Shown here piece by piece: positions 40,335 to 53,100 of a stretch of DNA of 64,000 bases. Under the pieces are notes generated by a model, which ran no database searches, had not been told where the DNA came from, and saw nothing but the letters and a program-made list of their open reading frames with translations. How positions within the stretch are numbered: position 1 is the first letter of the stretch; each line of letters begins with the position of its first letter. Where the stretch lies: the NCBI RefSeq assembly GCF_006345805.1, contig NC_043022.1:17546001-17610000 (forward strand), in the 5' to 3' direction. Origin of the DNA: Octopus sinensis (taxonomy: Eukaryota). Position numbers and translations under genes: made by a program.

Positions 40335-43300
40335 GAATGGTTTTAATTATTTTTAAAAATATAAAATGGAAACAATGCAAGTTACAAGAAAATTAATAAT
40401 CCAAGTTGATGGTTTATACTTTCACCTTGTACTTTAGTGTTTCAGGGTTAGGACCCCTTCTTTAGGAAAAGGTGGCTTTTACCTTTACTGTCAACAGAGG
40501 GCTTCTCTCTGAAAGTCACGGGCAGATTGTATGATGCTGAGTGAGCTGCTGCACACTTGTCAAATATGGACTTTACAATGTGTAAAACATTCAAAAAGTC
40601 AATGTCTCCCATGCTAGTGTGCATGAACAGCCAAGTGTAGAAGAACCAAGAGACAAACTGGGTATAAAGCTATTCAAGTGAAGAGACTCCAGTGTTATGG
40701 CTATGTAATAGGGATGGAGGATGTCAGCTGCATAAACAATGGCTCAACATTGAAAGCAAATGGTGCCTGCGGAAGAGAGAAACTGGAGAAGACTTAGGAT
40801 GAAGTGATAAAAAAACTGAGCTCTGGTTGTTACTTGTGACGAAGGAAATGACAGAAAACTGTGCTGACCGGTGACGTGTGGTGTTGCAGAAGTCCCAACC
40901 ACTTGTGCAAGCTTGGTGAGATATTCGTTAAAATAATGGGATGATGCATGTAACCCCTCATGCCTAATGTCCATTCTCTACACCCTCACATCTTCATGTT
41001 TACTGTATCTGTTCTGACACCCTTTCATCTTTGCATCATCTCCTATGCCAATTGCTGTACCATGCCATCTTTAAATGAGAGGAAAGCACTTGTGATGCCT
41101 GAGTGGGAAGGTGTTGCATTCTGGCAGCCTTTCACCCACCCTAAGCAACTTGCCTTCACCATACACTGTTGCTGCTCATCATCATCATCATCTTATCTCT
41201 TCTGATGCACCATTCTCCCCTCCTATACCTAACATGGAGGTAGCACTGCATCCCCACCTGTTCAGTCTATCCTACTGTCTGCATCACCTCCCCCGCCCCG
41301 CTAACCTCCTGTTACCCCCTTCCCCAACACTGTTTCAGTTAATCTTCTCCCTACTGAACCCTCTCTACAATGAAATCTATTTAATTCCTGTAAGAACTAA
41401 CTCAACTCCCTCACTGTGCCCCATTGCTCATCACACCCCATCACCCATATCACTTTGTCCTACCTCTCTTTCACTAACCCTTAACATTAGCTTACTCCTT
41501 TTTCTTTTCTCTCTCTCTCCTTCTTCTATTCCCCTCACTAAGCACTTACTCTCTGTTACTCTCTCCACCACTATCCTCTTCACAAGAAACCCATTTTGCC
41601 AAATGGTCACCACTTTTAGTAGTCTGTAAGTATGTCTGGTAGTTGGGTGTGTGATGTTTAGCCAAATTAAATCTTCTGGTATGGTTGGTTGGTTGGTTGG
41701 TCCAAAATGAAACAACATAGAGGTGACTGCAGTGCTAGTAGTGTGCACGAGAATGCTTCCAAGAAGGCGACATTGTTTGTTCAGTCCACTGGCTCATCAA
41801 AAGAACTTGCTGAATAGCCAGCATTGACATGAGTGAAAGAACTATATGCCAAAGCGAAGGAAGGAAAACTCTCCAGTGAGAAATGGCAACTGTCGTGCTT
41901 TATACAAATGCCAAATCAGAAGCAAAAGGAAATGTTCCATTCTAACCAATCACAGAGAATCACACAAAGTCGACTGAGCCAACTTTGAAATGGAGTAAAT
42001 GTATATTTGCATATAAGCCAATATGAAACGCAGAGCGGCTACACCCGTGTCTTCCATCATACTTTCAGCTTTTAATCTTTCAGTCATGAGGGCTCTCAGT
42101 TTGCAAGCCTGAATGTGACCCTGCTAGTGTTGGTACCATCAAAAAAAGCTTCCAATTCACTGTAAGTGGTTGGTAAACTGAACTAAGCAGCAATACTGTA
42201 GGTCTTACTGTGTCATGGTTATGGTTAGGAAGGGCATCCATTCACAGAAACAATGTTAAAAGTGAGATACTGGGGCAAGAGGTGCTCCCCTGACCCATCA
42301 GACCTTTCCTGTTGAACTGTGAGGCTCATACCAGCATGGAAAATGGATGTAAACTGTTGAGGTTGATATTGATTCTGTGTGTGAATGTTTATGCAATCTG
42401 TTATGGGCTACAGCCATAAACATTGGAGTCACTATTAGCATCTCAGCTGCAAACAGTGAGCTCACTGCTGTTGCCAACGATGACAACATATTCTCTCTCT
42501 CTCTCTCTCATACACACACATACACATAAAATGCTTCTCTTTTATCCTTGTAGGTTCAGGACCAAAATATGTTAAACGAAGGAAACCTACCCTTAAGGTC
42601 CGAAAGACTTGGCGTCCCAGCCGTGTTGGCAGGATGTCTTATAATATTCCATCGAGGGTAAGATTTTGTTTTCTATTTTAATTTATTTGTGGTTTAGAAC
42701 TATAGAATGCTATATGCAAAGTTTGTGTGTGTGTGTGTGTATGTTTGTGTGTTGTGTGTGTTCATAGAGAGAGAGAGAGAGAGAGGAATGTGTGTGTGTT
42801 GGTTAGGTTTGTTATTTTCTGTCAAATCTGTTGTATAAAATGATAGAAACATGTATTTACAGAAATATTTAACTTTTTTCCAGCCCTTCCAAAGAATAAG
42901 AAACACTATGTCAAACAATACAAGGCGAGATGGTGTTAGAGATAGGGTACTGTTCAAATCTTGTCCTGTCTTTTCTTCTTTTTTTCTTTCTTTAGGACCA
43001 AAAGTTTTTTACTGTTTCTTGTTGTCTTCTCTCAAACTATTGTTGTTGTTGTTGTGGTTGTGTTTCTGTTGTGAAGGTTTGTGTTTGTTGTGTAGTCTTG
43101 CAAACTTTTGTTGTTTTTATTTTTGTCATGTTTTTATTGTTTTTATATGGCAAGGGTGAGGGACATTTTTTTTTTCAAAAGTTAGACATTTGCTTATTTT
43201 GTTAAGTTTTTCAACAGCTGGATGTTTTCCCCTTCCTATTGACACAAAATCTGTCCAAGCGTTTCATTGTTATATATCCACACACACACACACTAACTAT

Positions 43301-46300
43301 AAGGAGTAGTTACTCGATTGGTCTGGAAAAAATCATGTTTAAAGATTTGTCTTTTACCTGCTTTGGCATCACAAAATTAGAGGTAATCATTGACTTTTAG
43401 AAATCTTGTTCAGCCTTAGGAAATATCTTCGTTACTGCTAATTAGTAAACTGTGAAGTGTTTATGGAATTTAGTATCAACCCCCAGAGATGAGCATAACT
43501 GAAGCCAAGTGGGATGAGAAGCTTACTTTGCTTTTTGAAGAAGCTATTTTGTTGGTGCAGCAAAGTTTAAGCCTGTGAATAGTTAGTAGTGGAGCAGAGT
43601 TTTGTTCCATGAGTTAGTAAACCAATACTATTATCAACTTGGTTATTTTACTGATCAAAATATTCAACTTTGGAAATAAAAGTTACAACAAAAGTAAATA
43701 TAAATTTTCAAGAAACATCTCGCTTTTCATAGAGAAATTAACGTAAATCAGTGTAGTGTAATAATTATTAGATGAAGATTTGAAAACATCACCATGTGAC
43801 CAACTGCCTTGGCCCTTATCATCAGAGATGTCCTTATTTTTAACTTTAAGGCATGAATTGATGCAAAAAGCTAGACAACACTGATTCGGTAGCTAGTGTT
43901 TAACCCTTTTGATACCACTCCAACTGAATCTGGCTCTGTCGTACAAATGTCATGTTTTCAAAAGTTTTGAATTAAAATCTTCCACCAAACCTTAGTCACA
44001 ATTTATGTTCCTAATGCTAGCTTAATGATAACTAGGTTATTTTACTAAATTCTTTGTTATATTTTAAATTAATTGAAAAAAACACAGAGCATCTCAACAG
44101 AAATATGGTAACAAAAGGGTTAATTTAATTCACTTTGAAGTAGGAATGGTTGTATTGAAGTGAATGTATTTTAACTTTTCACTTTCCATTTCGGATAGAA
44201 TAATTGCTTTTCGGGGTATGAGATGTGGACATAGATAAGTAAAGGGTAGGCATTTGGCCTTGTGATCCTTTTAATGTTTGAATTTCAATTTGCTTTCATG
44301 TGTCTATCATTATCACCTGACAATAATTCACCTCAATCTGCTCCCTACCATGTTAAAATGAATCCTGCTGCTTTCCATATTTTATGAATCAAAGAGCAGC
44401 TGTCAACTCTGATGATTTATCTCTCTTTAATATCTCAGTTCAGTTTCTTCATGATTCTAGGTTCAGGTTGTACTGATGATGGTTGTGTGGATGTGAGCTT
44501 ATCTTTTGTTTACAAAGCTTATCTGAAAGATGACAAATTTAAGACAAAAACAGTCTTAATATTTACTCTCTTGTTTAATGAGGCGCATTTAGTGTTGATG
44601 TATGACACACATGTGCCTCTAGTTTATGACAATGTTGAAATGTGACCAAATTTAAACTAATTATTAATAATAAAAAGCACAATCTCTGCAAAAGCATGTT
44701 TTCATTCCAGGAAATTAATTTGCACACTCCAAAAAGCTGTTCTTTGTATTGATGAACTGCAAAACGGATTAGAGACAAATGATTCCATTCTACAAGAAAC
44801 TTAGTGGTGGCAAAGAATAAACGGTTCCTCTAGGTTTACAGAAATATAATTGAAAATAACATGCATTTATATTCTTGGACAAAAGCAATTTGAAATTTGA
44901 TTAGCTTTGAAAAGCAAAGAAGTAAAGAAGTCCTTATTTACAATAAGCAAAACTCAGTTTTTTTTTTGTGGGTTTGAAAAAAAATAATTGCACTAACCAG
45001 ACTTAAAATTCAACAAAAAATATAACAATGATACGGATGGGGAGGAGGAGAGAATTGATACTAGATGTGTGATATCATAGTTATTGTAAGAAAAAAGAAA
45101 ACACTGCTCAAAGAAGTGAAATGATGGTTTGTATGTATTGGATGATGAAAAGCATTCCACTTTAGAGAAGAAATGTTTTTTGAGTGGCTCTTAAAAAGAT
45201 ATTATCTTTATGAGGGGATGGTTATGGCTGGCTTGTCAGAGTTGAACTGTCTAACACTGAGAGAGATCAAATCTTAGGAGTGTGAAAATGAATTGTTGCA
45301 TGATGGTGAGGGGACTAATTAGGAAAATAATCTGCCACTTCTTAACATACGGGAAACAAAACCTTTCACAGAGAAAAGCAACAAAGTGGACTACAGCACT
45401 TCTCTTCTCTCCAGTTTTCTAAGAAATGTTGTCTTTTTGTAGAATTGAATTGGCCCAAAAGTCCTTCTGCAGATGATCTTCTGACTCTGGGCTGGTCATA
45501 AATGCTGCCATTGGTTGGTCAAAAACTGTAGTAGTAAGGCTTTCTCATAAAGGCTTGTAGTGGCTGCATCAATAATAATGTTGATATTTGTTTATGATGG
45601 CAACACTTATAATGCTGCAAATGTGCTCGTGGTCCTGTATATGGAGGTGGGGGTAAACTTTAGGACAGGGGTGACTTCTATCTTTGAATGAATAGTTATG
45701 AAGAATAACAACTTTGGGGTTACTTTAGAATGCATCATCATTACTTCCATCAATGGTGTATTGTATCAATATTTTTTTTTATGTGGTTAGTGAATCTTTT
45801 CAGATTTTAATACTGAAATTTCTTTTAATTTCAATTCTTTTTTTAGTATTTTACAATGTATTGATGCAGACATTTGCTAATTTTTCTTCTTGTTCTTATT
45901 GATATTGTTGCTTAGTATTATATTAAAAAACAAAAACCCTGTTTGTGTCACAGTACTGTTAGCAATAACTAATTTAGGTCTCCTATTCATTCAGGTTCCA
46001 GATCTCTCTCTACATTCTGGCCCCAAGTCTCCCTCTACATTCAAGTCCCAGGTCTCCCTCTGCATTCAGGTCTCAGGTCTCTCTCTGCATTCAGATCCCG
46101 GGTCTCCCTCTATTCATTCAGATCCCAGGTCTCCCTCTATTCATTCAGATCCCAGGTCTCCCTCTGCATCCAGTTCCCAGGTCTCCTTCTGCATTGAGGT
46201 CCCAGGTCTCCCTCTGCTTTCAGGTCCTAGCTCTGAACTTTGGACACAAGTATCATATACTCCATCTTTCATTCTGTGGGAGAGGCCCTTGTTTCCAGCA

Positions 46301-47106
46301 GAGATAGGCATTCCCTGAATATTTTCCACCCTGTTCTTACCCTGGTTTCTGTTTTCACAGCACCCTGCACTGCTCACAATTCGGTCACGTTTCTAACAGA
46401 AAAAATTGACCTCTAGGAAACCTCCTGAGTAATTGAGAAGCTCTGTTTCCTCAATGAACACTCTGCTTAATGCTCTTCCACACCTGGCACATAGCATATA
46501 AAAGCTTAAAGCCCTTCACACTTTGCACGTATGAAGCCTAGTTTTGCTGTTAACCTGTCTGTGTTTGCACTACATTACTTGTGTGTCCATTGTTTACACT
46601 GGGCATGGCCATTTCCCTAATGGCATCAAAGTCTTGTAAGTCTCTTCAATTCCAAATTTTACTTCCATATCTGGAATTTCTCTTCCAAATCTTCCTCAAA
46701 TCCTGCTGTAAGGTCATCACTATACAGGAGTTCCCATGGACACCTAGTCTTAAACTCCTCTGTATAGCTTTGAGAATTATAATAAACAAGAGAACTGAAG
46801 ACCAAACACTGTTGCACTTCACCAGCAAGCTAAATTCATCATTGCATGCATTTATATTGCATAGATATTTGAAAATGATGAGTAACCAGTCCTGATATCA
46901 ATAAACCATATTAACATCATCACTGCTTCACTCAAAATGTGACAAGTGCAATAGAAACTCACACAAACACAACCACATTGTTCTGGGTTTGTTTCCATTG
47001 TGTGGACTCTGGTGGTGTCTTCTTCTGTAGCTACAGATTGACCAATGGCTTGGAAGTGAAAATTAGTTAATGGAAGCTGGAAGAAAGTCATCATATGCAC
47101 ATAAAG

Positions 47107-47155
<49 letters not shown>

Positions 47156-50100
47156 CCTCATTATTGTACATCCACTTTCTATGTTTGCATGGGTTGGACA
47201 GGTTGACCAATCCAAGAAAATAGGGCAATGACAGAAGGTAACATAGATCCAGTAGATAGACGGATGACTGAAACCCAGGCTGTTTAAGAGAAAAAGAGCC
47301 AAGTTTATGTGGCTGACAGAGTGAAATAAAATGATGACAGGCAGAAGAGGAAGGGAAGCTGACATAGGGGGTACTTAACACAACTGGTAAACTTGGAAAT
47401 GGTTCCATACTCTGTTGTGGTGGCCACTAAGGAAACTGAGTAGATGAATGGTTAGTGAACTCTATACAAGTTAAATACAGAAATGCAATCAGCAAAGTGA
47501 GAGTTAATCCCTTACCTGTAAAACAGGAGGATTGGTAATATTAAATGAACAAATGAACCTTTATTTGCTTTTCCTTTTCTGGAACATCTTACAAACAAGT
47601 CCATGGGATCACAATGTCGACCATGGGGTCCAGTTATGTAAATCCCTTTGTGGGCCACTTAGAGAAGCAAACCTTCGCCCAGTCTACAGGACCAATCCCA
47701 GAGCTGCACCTGTGTCAATGCAACCATCCTCATCAGACAGATAGGTTCATCTCTTTTATTAACTTTATTCACCCTGTTTTAGAATGTATGTCTACCATAT
47801 ATGCAACACCTCTATTAGTTTTCTCAGTGTCTCCATAACTATCAGTGATATCCATCCATTCACCTCTGTCCACTACAAACTTACTGATCCACGTTCCTTC
47901 CTCCACTATTCTTCTTCTGACTCCAAATGCACTTAATCTGCCATTCATCAGTTCCTTTCATTTTGCAAATGTCTACAGGATTGATTTGAGATTTGTATCC
48001 CAGTGTGGAGAGAATGCAACATATCTTTCTGAATTGAGATTCCTCTCGATTAGTTGTGGACCTTGCCCTCTGCCAAGCCCACAACATCAACTCCCTCCAC
48101 TGCTTTCTCTTTTCAGTCACCTAATGACCAAATTCCATTCTTCCTCACCTTCCACCCGTCTATTCTCTTCCCATTCAAAAACCAATCTACAATTTCTGAA
48201 TCTTATTCTGTGAAGAAATTGATTCAGATTACGAAAGTTAAAAGCTCTCTAACGATGGCACTGAATTGTCAAAGGGAAGAATTAGACAGCAAAGAACGCA
48301 ACCCTTGATAACATTGTTATAAAAATATCAACCTAATAGAATCAGCCATATTTTGTTATTTTATTTTATTATAGACAATTCCAAATAATTTTGTTTAAAG
48401 AATTTTTTTCAATAAGTACAGGGTGTTCTTGGCTTGTTGTATTGTAAATAAGTGTACTTTTTTTTTTTCAATAATTAAATGAATTTATCTGCATAAAAAT
48501 TGTTTTATTTTCCTCTGATAGAATTTTTTTATAACTAAAATAATAAAAAAAGGTGGAACACAATGATTTTGTACATTGAAGCAAAAGTACATACACACAC
48601 ACACATCTCTCTATATATATCTGTTCTTTAAATGTAGATACATATTTGTGTATTATGTTTGAATGTGTATATGTATATCATTCTACACAGTTATGTAAAA
48701 AAATGACATAAGTGTCTGTTTGTTGTTCAGCTTCCAGCTGAAGAGCATAGCAGTTCTCACAGCAGTCACGAAAGCAGCAGCTCCCCCACATCACCAGCAC
48801 AACCGACAGATTATGATGTTGGAATGGATTCATCCACCTCACATCCAGCGAAATGGACTGTAAGTTAATGCTACTATTGCTCTATCTTTTATAAATCCAG
48901 TGGCTATTAGGATAAGGATTTCTATCTTTGGCACAAGGTTCCATTAAATGATCCAGTATGGATATTTCTTTCGTTACTGCCAGGAAAATGGAAGGCAGTC
49001 TACTTTGTCAGGATTTTGAAACAGAATGGAAAAGGATATCAGTTCAAAACCCCCTTACAATGAGTGCTAACCCCTTCTCTCTCCCAACTCTGACATTCAC
49101 TTTCATATTATTAAAAATAATAAAATAGTTCATAATGCATTAGAAATGAATTTCATATTCAAACCCTATAAAAGGAAATATTTATAGAAATAATCCGCTT
49201 AACAATAATTAAAATTTAAACCAATTGAAGCTGGAAAAAAAAACTTATAAGAGGGGGGTTTCATTTTTCAGAAAAATTTATATTGTAATAACTAATTTAA
49301 ATATTATTTTCATCATCTAACCACGATGACTACAAGAAGTCGGAACACTTTCCAACTGTACCAAACAGTATGTATGTTCTGATATCGTAAATCTGCAAAA
49401 AAACCACACTTCTGCCCCCCCCCTCTCTCTCTTTCTTTCTTTCTTTCTTGCTTTGGTTTTTACATCTCTGCAATATTCTGTCAGGTAAGTCTTGGCTCCT
49501 GTCATCCACCCCCAACTATGTGTTGTATCCTGAGAATCAACAACCTTCATTTCCCCCCTTCAACAGTGATTCTACAGATGGCATCTGCTGGGCAAGTTGG
49601 TACTTGACCCCTATCTTCAGATTGTGAGGCCGAAGTTGTTGCAGGCAGTGGAAACACAGGTCATGCTCTGCTGCATCTGGGCCTCTGTGGTGGTGATGAG
49701 TGTATAGTCATCCGTGAATGGTAAGTTGCACTCTGAATCCTCTTCCACTTTGAACAGGATTGCAGGGCCACAAAGAAGATGTGAACTACACAAATGCAGA
49801 GCCAACTTCTTGCTTTCCAACAAGCCACCAGTTCCCCTCCAACCTGTGGCATGGTGTGACTGGACACACCATGCCACATCTTCTCCCATGGGATATCTTT
49901 AGTCATCACTGACAATGATAGGACAAACTAATCTTGACAGTACTGTCTCTCCTACACAGTCCAGTGAAACATAAAAAGAACTGCATCAGCATCATTCGCT
50001 CCAAATACGCCAATTGATGTAGAAGCAAAGCAGTTATGGTGTCCATCTTGCTCATTTCTAGCTTGGTCATCACACACTTCACCACCACAACTAACAGAAC

Positions 50101-53100
50101 ACTCATCCGGTCTTCTTATTCCATTTTCTTAATCACTGTGTATATGGTTTTGATTTTGGCACAAGGCCAGCAGTTTGGGTGGAGGGCTAGTTGATTATGT
50201 CTATCTCCAGTGCTCAATCATCATCATCATTTAACATCCATTTTCCATGCTGGCATGGGTTGGGCAGTTTGACTGAGGGCTGGCAAGCCAGAAGGCTATT
50301 TGGGTTCCATTTCTGTTTTGGCCTGGTTTCTACAGCTGGACGAGGCCCTTCCTAATGCCAACCACCTTACAGTGTGGCACTGCAGGTGCTTTTTATGTGG
50401 CACCTACAAGCCCACAAGATTCGGATCACTCAGCTGAAGAGGGATGTAGGGGACATGCTTGTATGCAAGAGAGGATCATGATTTTACTCAGTTTGGTGGG
50501 TCTTTTCAAGCACAGCAAACCACCAGAAGCCTCAGTGGAATTTGAACTATTAACATAAAGACAGATGAAATATGCTAAGCGTTTTGCCCAACATACTAAC
50601 AATTCTGCCAGTTGACTGCTTTATGTGCATAATATGATCATCAGTGAAGTGAGAATCTAATGTATCTGGAACAGTAGATCGACAGGTTAGCTTACCTTGG
50701 TTCTCATTGATTTCTTCAATTACAACTAATTTGAGGCTGTTCAACAACTACAGAAAATAGTTTTTGTAATATTTTGTTATTTTCAATTTCTTTAATGAAA
50801 TGACCAAAGATAAATACAAAGTTATTTTATTTGATTGACAAAAGTTTTACATTACAGAACTCTAGTTTATGAAATGAATTGTTGGTACGAAAGTTTGTCC
50901 TTGGGATCATTGGCAATGTTTAATGACCATATTTCTGTGGTGACATCTGCTGTACAGCATGTCTTCAACCTTTTCAGTGTTTCATCGTCTCTTTTCAGAG
51001 AAGTCCATGTGTGTGTATTCGCTTTCATTTGTAGATCATAACACAGTAGAGATAACTGAGAATGACCAAGGATTCTTGGTTGAGAATAAAAGTTTAGGAG
51101 TTCAATCTCAGCCTTAACACTTATTAATGAATGGTGATGAAACCATTTTAAACAATTTTACAAAAATTATCTACATTACCAGCTCTTAATTTTATTTGGA
51201 ATGAAGCTCAAACTAAGAACTTTTTTTTAAATTTTCCATTTTCTTCACTAATCAATTGGAAAATAAATTAATGCAAGAGAGAAAGCATGATCTTTGATAG
51301 CTATGGTAACAACTTGAGACAGTTTTGTTGTGAACTTAAAGAACATATAGGTGAGGATGTTGTGAATAAGAAATAATTTTTAATTTATTATAATTGTATT
51401 GAGGAAAAAATTTATTACAATTAAATCAATTAAAATTTCAAGAGTTCTCTCTCCTTTCCTCTTCTGAAAATAATTTTCATTAACACTGATTTATTTATTT
51501 TTTTATTATAATCTCAATTGATTTAACAGTTACTTTCAACTCACAATGTCAAGTATGGCATCCTCCGCTTAACTATATGTTCTTCATGCAGAAGGCAACC
51601 GTGAGAGATTTCTCAATATGTGTGTGTTGACATTAAGAAGGGCATCCAGCCATAGGAAACCATGCCAAATCAGACTGGAGTCTGGTGCAGCATGCCAGCC
51701 CAGTCAAACCATCCAACCCATGCCAGCATTGACAATGGATGTTAAATGATGATGATGATGATAGCCTTTCTAAGTTTGGTGGATTGATGTTGTTAATCTC
51801 AGTTGTATCTTCTCATGTGCCGTGTGATTAGCTTACTTATTGGATTATAAGGACATGCATAAACAATACCTATTATTGAGTAAACCCTTGTATATATCTT
51901 GTCTATGTTGGTAAAATATGGATGTAGGTTCCCTTTGTTAGGTTCAGTAAATCTTTCTTTGATATTCTGAGCCCTCTTCCCTTTATAATATCCAGGGAGG
52001 TTTGTGCAGAGCATGTTTCTTCCTGACACTTTTATCGCCTACTATATTTCTTCATTTGGGTCTGTGGCACACATTTGCTAATTCTTTTTATAGCTGTATT
52101 CGTTGATCAACCTAATGTGTCTGCCTGTCTTCTTTTCTCTTACTTCAACAGTGAAATTACTTTCTCAAATTAATTTCTTAAACTTATCAACTACCTTACT
52201 GTCGGGTGTTGCACCTACAAACATTACACTTTCAAAGCTTTTGCTAACTAAAACCAACACCTTGTCATCATCATCATCATCATCATATGTCCGTATTTCC
52301 ATCCTGGCATGATTTGGGTGGGTTGACAGAAGCTGACTGCTCAGGGGACTGCGCAAAACTCTTCTCTCTACTGTGATATGGTTTTATGGCAGGGTGCCCT
52401 TTCTAACACTAACCATTTTACAGAGTGAACTGGGTGCTTTATTTACATGGCACCAGCACTAAAAGGGCCACCAAGTAACTTGCTAGACCAAAAAACCCCC
52501 TTCAGCTGAGAGTGGGGAGTAATAGGAGCGGGGTGCACTTTGTGCCAGTTTGATAAGAAATTAAAGGTATAGAGGAGCAGAGATTGGTGTCTTGTAGAGT
52601 AGATAGATATGGAGGATAAGAAAGAAGGTTGGGTTAGAGAGTAAGATGAAGTGAGGGAGTCAGTTATGTGTTATTTTCTTGAAATATTCTATTCAAAAAT
52701 TTGTTTTGATATATTTCTTCTGCATAATTTTAAAAAGAAATATTTCAAAACCTTTTCTCAAATATATTGTGCACCTGACTCTATCTAATCTTTTGTAGGT
52801 GATAGGATAACTCCATTTGGAAGATAGAGTATTGGACATACTTTGGTTGATGATGATGTTAACACAGATAATTGTTGTTCGTTATTCATGTCTCACTTAT
52901 GGAAGACTAGTTAGGAAGTTTTTGAACTTTTCATTTCTTGTTTTCCTAACTTCCATGGCTCCTTTCATTCTTCTGAAAATCAATCAATCTTATCCACAGA
53001 GACTCCTTTCTCTTCCTAATGTTAATAAGTACCCTTTATATTAATATCAACATTTGCCACATTCCTTCTGTTCTCAGGAAGTAAATTAGCTTTGCTTGAT

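Noticed and set aside
44461-44530. Possible cryptic exon (32 nt) or C/D snoRNA (ctgatga...ctga)
   Set aside because: The exon would shift frame with mediocre sites; the C box is imperfect and there is no terminal stem or recognisable guide.
45988-46235. CRISPR-like array (25-bp repeats)
   Set aside because: Units are contiguous with no unique spacers, there are no cas genes, and the context is a eukaryotic intron. The same applies to the 42-bp array at 34667-34857.
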